Below are positions 11,917-21,946 of a stretch of 64,000 bases of DNA, one piece after another; the first letter of the stretch is position 1; each line of letters begins with the position of its first letter. Under the pieces are notes generated by a model that worked only from the letters and a program-made list of their open reading frames with translations, was not told the origin of the DNA and searched no databases. The position numbers and the translations under genes are program-made. Source of the DNA: Gammaproteobacteria bacterium (GTDB taxonomy: Bacteria > Pseudomonadota > Gammaproteobacteria > JBCCGL01); contig OZ255836.1 in assembly GCA_965277715.1 (NCBI GenBank), positions 1,408,001 through 1,472,000 of the forward strand, in the 5' to 3' direction.

Positions 11917-13080
11917 TCATTGTTCAAATAAGCCCCGGATCAATAGATCGGTGTCACGTATATGCCAGACACCTTTCACCATGACACTGCTTATTTCGTG
12001 TCGGTCGTTCAAAACCAATAAATCAGCATCGAACCCCGTCGCCACAGTCCCTTTGTGGTGCAATTTAAGTAAGTGGGCAACGTTACTGGTCATCAACGGT
12101 AACACGGTTTCCAGGGGTAGCCGCTGATCCAGCATATTTTTAAAGGCAACGGCCAGGGCCGAGGATTTAGCAAACCCCATTTTCACTAAGCTACCCTGTG
12201 CATCAAAACAAGGCAGGCAACCACCCCCATCAGAGCTAATCGTCAGTTTGCCGGGGTCACAGCCTTTATCCAGGTAGCGTGCAACGGCCTGCTCGGCAGA
12301 CCAGCCCGTATCGGTATGATCCGCTGGGAATGCGGTAACATCGACAGTACAACCACGCGCCGTTAACTCACAGGCCTCTTCAAACAGGGGTTTGTTACGA
12401 TTGACGTGGGTTGGGTTAAACACGCGTGCGGGAATTTCACTCTGCGCCAAACAGTCGCGAATCATCGATAAACCGCGCACACCGTCACCGAGGTGAAAGT
12501 GCACAATGCCCGCTTTCCCCGTCATCAGGCCCGCCACGTGTGCCTCACTGGCCAGGCGCAAAATTTCATTGAGCGTCGGCTGGCTGGAGCGGTGATCGCT
12601 AAGCGCGACTTCACCCACACCAATCACCGGCTCCAGGTTGACAATATCGCTGCGTACTGATTCAGTGAGGGTGACCGCTGGCACGTGATAGCCGCCCGTG
12701 TAACACCAGGCTGACAAACCCTCTTCGCGCAGACCCATTACTTGAGTCAACAGTGTTTGTGGGGTGCGGGTTAGATCGTCAGTACCGAGTAGACCGATAA
12801 CACTGGTAACCCCAGCACGGGTAAATTGACTTAAGTGCAGTGGCGGCACCCGTGTAGAGGGCCCCGCCTCACCACCACCACCGGTAATATGGGCATGGGC
12901 ATCAATAAACCCAGGCACCAGGCGTGCGCCGTCGAGATCAACGGTGTTGACGATTAATTGCTCATCCAATTGTGGCAGGCGATCACTGATATGGATAATC
13001 TTCCCCGCACAGACCAGTACATGCCTGACCCCCAGCGGTTTGGGCGCGTAGACATCAGCGTTGATAATTAATTCGAACAT
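11917..13080 (-). CDS. iadA: Isoaspartyl dipeptidase (beta-aspartyl peptidase)
   Basis: PGFIDAHAHITGGGGE, GLLGTD, GEVALSDHRSSQPT, PTHVNR and SSDGGG. ATG 13080 preferred. Confidence 0.92.
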   Translation of the reverse strand: MFELIINADVYAPKPLGVRHVLVCAGKIIHISDRLPQLDEQLIVNTVDLDGARLVPGFIDAHAHITGGGGEAGPSTRVPPLHLSQFTRAGVTSVIGLLGTDDLTRTPQTLLTQVMGLREEGLSAWCYTGGYHVPAVTLTESVRSDIVNLEPVIGVGEVALSDHRSSQPTLNEILRLASEAHVAGLMTGKAGIVHFHLGDGVRGLSMIRDCLAQSEIPARVFNPTHVNRNKPLFEEACELTARGCTVDVTAFPADHTDTGWSAEQAVARYLDKGCDPGKLTISSDGGGCLPCFDAQGSLVKMGFAKSSALAVAFKNMLDQRLPLETVLPLMTSNVAHLLKLHHKGTVATGFDADLLVLNDRHEISSVMVKGVWHIRDTDLLIRGLFEQ

Positions 13081-13189
13081 GGGGCAGGGAATGGCAAAAG
13101 CGCGCAATTTTAGAGCAGATAGGAAAAAAATGTCACCTTAATTGATATCTGATAATGTGTGACAGGAAATGCAAACAATGCCCACTCAA

Positions 13190-13837
13190 TCACACACAGA
13201 GATTCAATACCGGCAGATCAATACGCGCCCGTTTCAACCGATCCAGATCATCCGGTGTATCCACATCCCATAGAGGTTCAAGTTCCCCCCAACGCCAGTC
13301 AAGCTGCTGCAATCGCGCCCTGGTCTGCTGCATCACACCCGCCATACTCCATTGAATACCTGAAAACAGCGCGGGGTGGTAACGCCGTAGGCCAACCAGT
13401 ACATAGCCGCCATCCTCAGCGGGAATAAATGCCGCATCGCATCCATCGTGTAGCCATTTCGCGATATGTTGTAAATGCTCTACCGCCAGTACCGGGCAAT
13501 CACTCCCCACAAGAATTGTAAACGCATGGTGTTGTAATGCAGTATTCAGCGCATGGCCCATGCGCTCACCGAGATCACCGGGGCATTGCACACTCACCGG
13601 GCATGCCATTGTTGCCTGCATGTGATGCACCCAGGGGTGCTCACTGGGTTGATCCAACCATAACGTAGGTGCATAACCACTGGCAGCCTGCAATACCTGT
13701 AACGTGCGCGTAGCCAGTTGCATATGCAATACAGCGGCCTCGGCTTGCGTTAATGGTGGTTGTAAGCGGGTTTTTGGGCGCCCATTGGCAGGGCATTTGG
13801 CGAACATTTGCACGCACACCGAAGACCAGTCAATCAT
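13190..13837 (-). CDS. DUF2064/TIGR04282-type glycosyltransferase-like protein
   Basis: FAK.P..G..KTRL, GDLGERM, LVGSDCP, PAEDGGYVLVG and LWDVDTPDDL. ATG 13837 overlaps the upstream stop. Confidence 0.85.
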   Translation of the reverse strand: MIDWSSVCVQMFAKCPANGRPKTRLQPPLTQAEAAVLHMQLATRTLQVLQAASGYAPTLWLDQPSEHPWVHHMQATMACPVSVQCPGDLGERMGHALNTALQHHAFTILVGSDCPVLAVEHLQHIAKWLHDGCDAAFIPAEDGGYVLVGLRRYHPALFSGIQWSMAGVMQQTRARLQQLDWRWGELEPLWDVDTPDDLDRLKRARIDLPVLNLCV

Positions 13838-14570
13838 AGGGGGATTGCGCAGCATCCGGGCGGTAAAGCCGGGCCAGGTAAGCGGGTGAAACACCGATAA
13901 AATACAGCGAGCGCAAATACCACATATGCAACACAGTGCGCACGACACCCCGCGATTCCCAACGGCGGCTGGAGGTGACAATACGCTGTTCAATGCGCAG
14001 CGGGCGACACAGTATCCGCAGCCGCTTGCTAATGGCGATATCCTCCATCAGGGCAATGTGTGGATACCCCCCTACAGATTCGAACATTTCACGCGAGATA
14101 AATAAACTGTGATCGCCGGTCGCGACATGCGTGCAACGCACGCGCTGGTTCATCGCCCATTCGATAACACGTAACAACAGGCTGCGGCCAGATAACCGTA
14201 TCTGAAAATATCCCCATACTATACCGGGTGTACTCAGTGCCTGTTGAATGGCACGATCGGACTGCGCTGGCACCTGGCTGTCAGCGTGTAAAAACCACAG
14301 TAGTGCAGCGCTGGCCGCCCCCGCCCCGGCATTCATCTGTACAGCCCGGCCCGGTGCCGATTGCAGCAGTTTATCGACCAGTGGCAGAGCCAGTGCCATT
14401 GTCTTATCTGTACTGCCACCGTCAACCAGCAGTAGCTCACAACCGCGTATACGCATCGGCTGCAAAGCGAGCAACAGGGTTTCAATCGTTGCCGCTTCGT
14501 TAAGTACGGGAATAATAATCGATAGTGCTGGCCGCCCGGCAGCCTCTTTAGGCAGACAAGGCGCCGCCAC
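13830..14570 (-). CDS. GT2 glycosyltransferase (TIGR04283-type)
   Basis: SIIIPVLNEA, VDGGSTD, GRAVQMNAGA, FLHADS, LMEDI and TSSRRW. Start uncertain; overlaps the radical SAM gene end. Confidence 0.85.
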   Translation of the reverse strand: MAAPCLPKEAAGRPALSIIIPVLNEAATIETLLLALQPMRIRGCELLLVDGGSTDKTMALALPLVDKLLQSAPGRAVQMNAGAGAASAALLWFLHADSQVPAQSDRAIQQALSTPGIVWGYFQIRLSGRSLLLRVIEWAMNQRVRCTHVATGDHSLFISREMFESVGGYPHIALMEDIAISKRLRILCRPLRIEQRIVTSSRRWESRGVVRTVLHMWYLRSLYFIGVSPAYLARLYRPDAAQSPYD

Positions 14571-15504
14571 AGCTCGACCCCTGCCCCGCCGTACACCCAT
14601 AGCAATGATCGGCAATAGCGATGGGGTTGTCTTCAAGTTCACTGGTATTTATTTCGCTGATATGCCGACGCCTACCCGCCAGTGGCATAGCCAGTTGCTG
14701 ATTGAAATCACAGTCGTAAACATACCCCTGATAGTCGATGCTGATAGTACTGCGACACATCACCGCATCGAGATTGTCATCGCTGTGTGAGGATCTGAGC
14801 AAATCCATATAAGTGTGAAACTGGCCACGCGACACCAACGTGCTACCAAAGCGATTGATCGGCAAATTGGCGAGGGTGAGCAGTTTGTTAAAGCGCACGG
14901 TGTAGTGCTCCCACAGGTGCCGCTTATAGTCCGCTTCCAGGGTCTGCTGTGGGGGCGGTAACTCAGGCCCCTGCGGGTTGTAGACCAAGTCGATATTCAA
15001 ACCACTGCCATCGATGCCATAACCCAGTGCATTCAGCGCCTGTAAGCCGCGAATGCTCGATTCAAATACGTTATTACCCCGCTGCGAGTTGACATTATCT
15101 TCCATATAGCAAGGCAGAGAGGCGACGATATCCACCCCCTGAGTGGCCAGGTATTGCGCCAGGCCTGCCTGCCCTGGTTGTTCCAACACCGTGAGGTTAC
15201 AGCGGTCGATCACTCGCATACCCAGTGCCCGACCCGCCTCTAACAAGGGTTTGAACTGTTCATGCAGCTCAGGCGCCCCACCGGTTAAATCCAGTGTTTC
15301 CAGTGTGTTTGCCTGCATAAAGCCGATAATTGCCTGGGCGGTGTCGGTATCCATCATCTCCTTGCGGGTTGGCCCGGCATTCACATGGCAATGCAAGCAG
15401 CTTTGATTGCAGTAATAGCCAATATTGACTTGTAGGGTGCGCAGTTGGCTACGGCGTAACGGGGGGAAATCAGTGCTTTTTAACAGCGGGTAGGTTGCGT
15501 GCAT
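14548..15504 (-). CDS. arsS: ArsS-like radical SAM protein with Cys-rich C-terminus (TIGR04167-type)
   Basis: TLQVNIGYYCNQSCLHCHV (CxxxCxxC), DLTGGAPE, IDRCNLT, ASLPCY, YDCDFNQ and HCYGCTAGQGSSCGG. Confidence 0.85.
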   Translation of the reverse strand: MHATYPLLKSTDFPPLRRSQLRTLQVNIGYYCNQSCLHCHVNAGPTRKEMMDTDTAQAIIGFMQANTLETLDLTGGAPELHEQFKPLLEAGRALGMRVIDRCNLTVLEQPGQAGLAQYLATQGVDIVASLPCYMEDNVNSQRGNNVFESSIRGLQALNALGYGIDGSGLNIDLVYNPQGPELPPPQQTLEADYKRHLWEHYTVRFNKLLTLANLPINRFGSTLVSRGQFHTYMDLLRSSHSDDNLDAVMCRSTISIDYQGYVYDCDFNQQLAMPLAGRRRHISEINTSELEDNPIAIADHCYGCTAGQGSSCGGALSA

Positions 15505-15538
15505 TAGGCCTTCAGAGGTGATTCAGGGATTGTCAGGA

Positions 15539-16384
15539 TTAACCGTCAGCAGATACAGTGCTGTCGAGTTTGCGTTTAAACGGTAACAGTAACATACGCA
15601 GTAGATTTACACAGGTGTGATATTTCCCCTTGTGCGACAAACTCAGAGGCAATCCAATCGTCATCGATAGATGCCCTGCTTGTGGCTGTGCCTGATAAGT
15701 GCCAAACAGACGATCCCACAGGGCGATGCTGAAGCCAAAATTGCGGTTAGTCTCATTACCGTGAATTGAGTGGTGAACGCGATGCATATCCGGTGTCACC
15801 AGCAGGCAGCGCAAACCGCGATCAATCGATTTGGGCAGGCTAACATTACCGTGGTTAAACATCGCTGTACCATTAAGCAGTATTTCAAAAATAACCACCG
15901 CCACTAACGGTGGGCCAAGAGCAAGCACCAACACAAATTTAAACAACATCGACAACACAATTTCTATTGGGTGAAAGCGCAATGCGGTGGTGACATCAAA
16001 ATCCGGGTCAGCGTGGTGCACCCGGTGAATTCGCCACAGCAGGGGTACGTGGTGCGATATGACATGCTGAAAATAAATAGCCAGATCCAGCAATACAACA
16101 CTGGCAACTACCGCAGGCACAGTCGCTATATCAATCAGATTGAACACCCCCCAGCCATTAGCCTGGGCAACAGCGGCGATGCTCACCGCAGCGACAGGCA
16201 CTATCAGGCGTAACAAAACGACTCCCACCAACAGCAAACCGAGATTACCAAACCAACGAATGCGGCGTGAATAGTGTAATTTACGGCACGGTAGCCACCA
16301 CTCCCATACGGCCATGATGACAAACACACCTAAAAATATGGCGAGGCGTATCACTGGTTCGTGTTCAAAAATAACGTCTTTCAC
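15539..16384 (-). CDS. Sterol desaturase / fatty acid hydroxylase family membrane protein
   Basis: His boxes QHVISH, HRVHH and HRVHH; RFHPIE, NFGF and WDRLFGTY. Confidence 0.88.
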   Translation of the reverse strand: MKDVIFEHEPVIRLAIFLGVFVIMAVWEWWLPCRKLHYSRRIRWFGNLGLLLVGVVLLRLIVPVAAVSIAAVAQANGWGVFNLIDIATVPAVVASVVLLDLAIYFQHVISHHVPLLWRIHRVHHADPDFDVTTALRFHPIEIVLSMLFKFVLVLALGPPLVAVVIFEILLNGTAMFNHGNVSLPKSIDRGLRCLLVTPDMHRVHHSIHGNETNRNFGFSIALWDRLFGTYQAQPQAGHLSMTIGLPLSLSHKGKYHTCVNLLRMLLLPFKRKLDSTVSADG

Positions 16385-16463
16385 TGCGTTGTCGCTACGT
16401 TAAAAATAGTCAGCATTCGGGGTTTGAACGCTATAATCATAAACCGTTCCATAGGTCACAGCC

Positions 16464-16721
16464 ATGCAATGCTATATCTATCGCAGTACCCGTAAGCAAG
16501 GTCTGTATATTTACCTGGATAAAATCGATGATTTTTCAGCGCTGCCCGCCGCGCTGCTAAAGCAGACCGGCAAACTCGAATTAGCCCTGGAGCTGGCGCT
16601 GACCCCAGATAAAAAACTACACTGTGAAGATGCCGCCAGGGTCATCAACAACCTGTCAAACCAGGGCTATCATGTACAAATGCCACAGTCGGTTGAATCT
16701 TTATTAAAGCTGGAAAACTAA
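16464..16721 (+). CDS. YcgL domain protein
   Basis: CYIYRS.RK.GLYIY and QGYHVQMP. Confidence 0.88.
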   Translation: MQCYIYRSTRKQGLYIYLDKIDDFSALPAALLKQTGKLELALELALTPDKKLHCEDAARVINNLSNQGYHVQMPQSVESLLKLEN

Positions 16722-16729
16722 ACACGCGC

Positions 16730-16760
16730 AAAAAAAGGCAGCCAATGCCGCCTTTTTTTG
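16730..16760. terminator. Probable bidirectional terminator
   Basis: A-run, GGCAGC-CAAT-GCCGCC, T-run between convergent genes. Confidence 0.6.
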
Positions 16761-16807
16761 CACTTAACAGATATCGCCCAATCAGGCGCAGACAAATAGG
16801 CTTCTTG

Positions 16808-17131
16808 TTATTGAGGTGTACCCAGCCCGGTCTGCGAGGCGAAATAAGCCGCCAGATCGAGAATATCCTGATCACTCAGAGGCGCTACCATTCCGGCCAT
16901 AATGGGGCTGTTACGTGCGCCAGATTTATAGGCCTGTAATGACTGAACCAGATAATCTTCATGCTGACCCGCCAAACGTGGATTAGTGGGAATGGTGCTG
17001 TTTCCATCGACACCATGGCACGCCGCACAGGTGGTGGATTTCGATTTACCCGCCGCCGCGTCACCACCGGCCATTGCCGCACTACTCAGCGCAAGCAATG
17101 CGCCCGCTATTACAAATTGTACTTTTTTCAC
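16808..17131 (-). CDS. Monoheme class I cytochrome c (c4/c553-like)
   Basis: Signal peptide, CAACH, PRLAGQ and a distal Met. Confidence 0.9.
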   Translation of the reverse strand: MKKVQFVIAGALLALSSAAMAGGDAAAGKSKSTTCAACHGVDGNSTIPTNPRLAGQHEDYLVQSLQAYKSGARNSPIMAGMVAPLSDQDILDLAAYFASQTGLGTPQ

Positions 17132-17142
17132 TGCAAATACCT

Positions 17143-17463
17143 CTACTGAACGCTTTCAAAATAAGCGGCGATATCAGCCATATCCTGATCACTCAGGCTG
17201 GCTGCATTGGCGTGCATGGTTTTGTGGCCGCGTTGACCTGCTTTATAAGCTTGCAGCGCAGCGACAATATAGGCTGCGTGCTGACCACCCAATTTAGGCA
17301 CATGATATGTCGGGTATACATTGTTGTAATTGGGAATACCGTGGCAGCCCATACAAGTTTGTGCTTTGACTTTCCCCGCACCGCCATCGCCTGCGGCAAG
17401 TGCATTGCCGGTAGCCAGTGCGAGTACGCCCGCAATCAGTCCCAGTTTTATCAGGTTTTTCAT
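17143..17463 (-). CDS. Monoheme class I cytochrome c (c4/c553-like)
   Basis: Signal peptide, CMGCH, PKLGGQH and a distal Met. Confidence 0.9.
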   Translation of the reverse strand: MKNLIKLGLIAGVLALATGNALAAGDGGAGKVKAQTCMGCHGIPNYNNVYPTYHVPKLGGQHAAYIVAALQAYKAGQRGHKTMHANAASLSDQDMADIAAYFESVQ

Positions 17464-17732
17464 TCAATCCCGCTCGCTAAATAATTGAAAATTGGCTGGA
17501 ACCCGTATCGATCAGCTTCGATAGCGTTCCGATCCTGACACACAAAAACACGGCTACAACAACTGCGTTCTGATCAAGACCTTCACATCTGACGCGGATA
17601 CTTTCACGTATACCGCGCGCATTCTACTTTGCTCTGTCAGGTTTTCAACCTGGAAACGCTGTTGAGTGAAAAAATAGGCTCAACTACACTACTGAAAATA
17701 GTCGATTTTTTACAAATATAGCCAACCCCACA

Positions 17733-19871
17733 CTATTGCGCCTCTTTGTCTTTCTGCTCCGGTGTAGGCATTTCGCTTACATCAGAAGCTGACGGTTCAT
17801 TATTTTGAGCGTCATCCCCACTAGCTTCGCCCGCTGTATCGGCATCATCTGTAATAGCTTCAGCTTCGTTTTCGTCTTCAACCTGGTCGTCATTCTGGTC
17901 ACCACTAGGGCTATTACCAGGGCCATCGCCCAGGGCAATCAAAATACCATTCAATCGCTGTACAAACCCGGCGGCATCTTCCAGTTGGCCACCTTCGGCC
18001 AGTAGCGCCTGATCGAATAACAACTGGCTCCAGTCTTTAAGGCGTTGTTTATTCTTTTCGCTTTTCAGCCGTTGTAACACCGGGTGCTGTGGGTTAATTT
18101 CCAATGATGGCTTACTCTGTGGCATCTCGTGCCCGGCCTGCTTCATCAGTTGCTGCATGTGCAGCGCCATCTCGTTTTCAGACAGAACCAGGCAGGCAGG
18201 CGAGCTGGTTAGGCGGTGTGACACGCGCACTTCCTCAACCTGGTCACCCAGTGCATCCTGAATTTTTTTCACCAGTTTCTTGGATTTCTTTTCAACATCC
18301 TCGCGTACTTTTTTCTCTTCTTTGTCTTCAAACTCACCAAGATCGAGGTCGCCTTTGGCAATCGAGGCAAACTGCTTACCATCGAATTCACTGATCTGAG
18401 ACATCATCCATTCATCAACTCTGTCTGACATTAATAGCACTTCAATGCCTTTTTTGTTGAACACTTCCATATGGGGACTATTTTTCGCTGCTGCATAACT
18501 ATCGGTGGTGATGTAGTAAATTTTGTCCTGGCCACTTTTCATTCGCGCGATGTAATCTGCCAGGCTAACGTTCTGGGTACTGTCATTGCCCTGCGTGGAG
18601 GCAAAGCGTATCAGCTTGAGCAGCTGCTCGCGGTTGGCAAAATCTTCACCGGGGCCTTCCTTCATGGCATTGCCAAATTGCTTCCAGAATGTCTGGTAGC
18701 GCTCAGCATCATCGGCGGCCATATTTTCCAATTGGCCCAGTACCTTTTTAACCGAGGCACTGCGAATGCTGTCGATGACTTTATTACTTTGCAGGATCTC
18801 ACGTGAGACATTCAGCGGCAGGTCATTGGAATCGATTAAGCCACGCACAAAACGCAGGTAGCGCGGCATCATTTTTTCCATATCGTCCATAATAAAAACA
18901 CGCTGTACATAGAGTTTTATGCCGTGTAACTGCTCACGCTCGTAGAGATCGAACGGCGCACGCGCAGGGATGTACAACAGTGATGTGTATTCGTATTTAC
19001 CCTCGACCCGGTTGTGCGACCACGCCAACGGGTCTTCATAATCCTGGCAGACCTGCTTATAAAACGCTTTGTAGTCATCATCACTGAGGTCATTTTTGGG
19101 GCGTGTCCACATCGCTGAGGCCGTATTGACGGTCTCCCATTCAATCGTTTCCTTTTCATCTTCATCACTGCTGCTTTTCAGCATTTTAATTGGGAAGGTG
19201 ATGTGGTCTGAATACTTTTTGATAACGCTGCGCAAACGCCAATCGTTAAGGAATTCGTCCATATCGTCACGCAGATGCAATACAACGTCTGTACCATGGC
19301 TGGCTTTTTCGATGGTTTCCAGTGTGTAGCTACCTGTGCCATCAGAGACCCAGCGCGTGCCGCTATCGGCAGCCTGGCCTGCGCGGCGCGTCGACAGGCT
19401 GACTTTATCGGCGACGACAAAGGCGGAGTAAAAGCCAACGCCAAACTGCCCAATAAGATGGGCGTCCTGGGCTTGATCACCGGTCATCGCATCGAGAAAT
19501 TGTTTGGTGCCAGAACGGGCGATGGTGCCAATGTTGTTGATAACTTCATCGCGACTCATGCCAACACCGGTATCGGAAATAGTGATCGTTTTGTCGTCTT
19601 TATCGAAACTGACGCTCAATTGCAGCTCACTGTCACCCGCGTAGAGTGAATCATCGGCAAGTGCTTCAAAGCGCAGTTTGTCACAGGCATCTGAGCCATT
19701 TGAAACCAGCTCCCGCAGAAAGATTTCCTTGTTTGAGTACATCGAGTGAATCATCAGTTTCAGTAACTGTGACACCTCCGCCTGAAATTCCATCGTTTCA
19801 GCTGCAGGCTCAACGGTGGCTTCAGTTTCGACTACTGTTTCCGTTTCTGGTTTCGCTTTTTTGGTACTCAT
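17733..19871 (-). CDS. htpG: Chaperone HtpG (Hsp90)
   Basis: YSNKEIFLRELVSN, IGQFGVGFYSAF and DLPLNVSRE. Confidence 0.97.
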   Translation of the reverse strand: MSTKKAKPETETVVETEATVEPAAETMEFQAEVSQLLKLMIHSMYSNKEIFLRELVSNGSDACDKLRFEALADDSLYAGDSELQLSVSFDKDDKTITISDTGVGMSRDEVINNIGTIARSGTKQFLDAMTGDQAQDAHLIGQFGVGFYSAFVVADKVSLSTRRAGQAADSGTRWVSDGTGSYTLETIEKASHGTDVVLHLRDDMDEFLNDWRLRSVIKKYSDHITFPIKMLKSSSDEDEKETIEWETVNTASAMWTRPKNDLSDDDYKAFYKQVCQDYEDPLAWSHNRVEGKYEYTSLLYIPARAPFDLYEREQLHGIKLYVQRVFIMDDMEKMMPRYLRFVRGLIDSNDLPLNVSREILQSNKVIDSIRSASVKKVLGQLENMAADDAERYQTFWKQFGNAMKEGPGEDFANREQLLKLIRFASTQGNDSTQNVSLADYIARMKSGQDKIYYITTDSYAAAKNSPHMEVFNKKGIEVLLMSDRVDEWMMSQISEFDGKQFASIAKGDLDLGEFEDKEEKKVREDVEKKSKKLVKKIQDALGDQVEEVRVSHRLTSSPACLVLSENEMALHMQQLMKQAGHEMPQSKPSLEINPQHPVLQRLKSEKNKQRLKDWSQLLFDQALLAEGGQLEDAAGFVQRLNGILIALGDGPGNSPSGDQNDDQVEDENEAEAITDDADTAGEASGDDAQNNEPSASDVSEMPTPEQKDKEAQ

Positions 19872-20038
19872 TGCTCTATCTCCAGTGGTGATTCGTCAGT
19901 GGTGGCACGTCAGTTCAAGCACGCAATTTAGGGATACACACTTATTTTTCAACCTTTAGAACAGGCAAAGACTGTATTTTTCCGGTGGTTCCTTATCGGC
20001 GATTACGCACTACATACCGAACCCGTTAACGGATTGGC

Positions 20039-21853
20039 TCAATAGGGGGATTCTTCAGACACGCCCTTGATATCCCCTGAATCTGCCGGTGACACCCATA
20101 GCTGTTGCAATTTACCGCGCAATACAGCACGCCTTGCAGGGTCTTCGGTAATTTTTAGCAGGGACTCATAGAGCCGCCGCGCATCACTGATCAACCCCGC
20201 TTTCGCCAGCGACTCAGCCGCATTGTAGCGTGCCGATTGCCCCCACAAGTCGGCGCTGTCTGAATCGACGTAGGTGGCCGAGCGCATATAGTAGAGCCCC
20301 GCCTGGGCAAATTGTTCGACGGCAGTAAACGACTCAGCCATCCAGAAAAACAGCTCACGGCGCTGCGTTGGGGCAAGCTGCCGTTCATTTTCCAGGCGTA
20401 TAAACAAGGCCAATGCACGTTGATGATACTCAGCCGACTGTAAGTCGAATAACACTTGCATCAGCTTATCGAGCTGTTCTGGAGAAATAAATAGCTGTTC
20501 AGTCAACAGGGTATCGATAACATCGACACCTTCACTCGGTCGCCCACCGAGAACCAATACCCGTGCACGGCGCAAGTGCCAGGTAAATTTATCGGTATCA
20601 TCCGGCTGTTGGGTCAATGTCGCCAACAAATCAGATGCCATCACAATATTGGAATTGGACAAGGCGTACTCAACCAGTTGGTGCCGCACGTTGACAGGTA
20701 CCTGACGAAAACCGGGAAATCTGTTTTGATCAGAGAACAAGCGTGCCACCAAACGCAGGCCACCCGGGTCACTTTCCAACAGGGTGGCCAGTTGTGTCAG
20801 TGCCTGACCACGCAAGGCATCACTGCCTGCCTGCTGTGCCACGACCGACAACAACCCTTTGGCCTGCAATGGGTTCTCCTCACGCACAGCCTCAACGGCG
20901 CTAAACCAGGCGGCGTCATCACCAATCAGCAGTTGTTTTTGATTACCCAAATCGGTGCCGTAACGCTGGTAAACACCCCATAGATCGCTTGTGGTGACCT
21001 GGAAAACTCTGTCACTGCTGGATAAGTCATCAGCAAAACCCAGTGCGCGCTCGGTGGCCAGCACGGTATCGGCAAGCCTGCCGGATAGGGCCGATGCCTC
21101 AGCGGCAATTTTCCAGTAGCGCGCCCGGTCAGCCAGTGTGAGGGACACATCATTGGCGTGAACAAGGGCTTCAGCATAGATTGCCTGCGGTGTGCGTTGC
21201 GCGCTGCGCAATGCAATCAGCATCAACAGTGTTGGGGGCAACTTTTGCCGCGTTGTTAATGGCCATTCAAGCAATACATGGGGTTTTTGCTGACGCAGTA
21301 AAATCCGCGCACGCAATTGTAACCACTCAGGCTCAACGCTGGGATAATCCTGTTGGTAGCGGTACATAGCGGTAGCCGCATCGTCGATGCGATCATCCAC
21401 TAAATAGCTGCGGATAACCAATCGGCGCAACAGCGACTGCTCGCCATGATTGGGCTCACCTTGCCCTACCTGCCACAACAATTGTCGTAACAGCGTGCGT
21501 GCCTGGGATGCATTGCCCTGCTCAAGCTGTAACCAGGCGCGTTGACTGAGAGACCAACGGTATAAATTTTCCGGCAACGGCTCACTGGGCAAGCGCTGCA
21601 GGTAATCGATAGCACGCTGCCACTGCTTCCACTTCACCAGTATCGCGGTGCGTGCCTGGCTCCAGCGGAACCACTCGCCAAAGCCTTTCTGGGTGCCGGG
21701 GTGCGCTTCATCGAGTAACTTCAGCGCCAGGCCTGGCGTACCGCTTTCAGCAATCTGTTGGAGCTGTTTGAGCGAGATATTATTCGTCGCAGCCGCGCAC
21801 GGCCACGGCGCCAAAAAAGCGATAAAAAAGACGGTTGCCGCAATGTGTCGCAT
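20039..21853 (-). CDS. Exported helical-repeat (TPR-like) hypothetical protein
   Basis: 604-aa ORF with a signal peptide and Ala/Leu-rich helical repeats, downstream of rplS. Confidence 0.7.
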   Translation of the reverse strand: MRHIAATVFFIAFLAPWPCAAATNNISLKQLQQIAESGTPGLALKLLDEAHPGTQKGFGEWFRWSQARTAILVKWKQWQRAIDYLQRLPSEPLPENLYRWSLSQRAWLQLEQGNASQARTLLRQLLWQVGQGEPNHGEQSLLRRLVIRSYLVDDRIDDAATAMYRYQQDYPSVEPEWLQLRARILLRQQKPHVLLEWPLTTRQKLPPTLLMLIALRSAQRTPQAIYAEALVHANDVSLTLADRARYWKIAAEASALSGRLADTVLATERALGFADDLSSSDRVFQVTTSDLWGVYQRYGTDLGNQKQLLIGDDAAWFSAVEAVREENPLQAKGLLSVVAQQAGSDALRGQALTQLATLLESDPGGLRLVARLFSDQNRFPGFRQVPVNVRHQLVEYALSNSNIVMASDLLATLTQQPDDTDKFTWHLRRARVLVLGGRPSEGVDVIDTLLTEQLFISPEQLDKLMQVLFDLQSAEYHQRALALFIRLENERQLAPTQRRELFFWMAESFTAVEQFAQAGLYYMRSATYVDSDSADLWGQSARYNAAESLAKAGLISDARRLYESLLKITEDPARRAVLRGKLQQLWVSPADSGDIKGVSEESPY

Positions 21854-21889
21854 AGCGTGGACTTTATATCATCTAAAGGGTATGGGCAT

Positions 21890-21917
21890 AAAAAAGGCGA
21901 CCAGTGGCCGCCTTTTT
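21890..21917 (-). terminator. Rho-independent terminator after rplS
   Basis: AAAAAAGGCGACCAGTGGCCGCCTTTTT hairpin with flanking A/T runs. Confidence 0.75.
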
Positions 21918-21946
21918 CATTAACCAACCTACCGATATAGTGTAGA

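Noticed and set aside
14548-15504. Selenocysteine recoding in the radical SAM protein
   Set aside because: The frame is open with Cys codons at the relevant motifs and ends in TAA.
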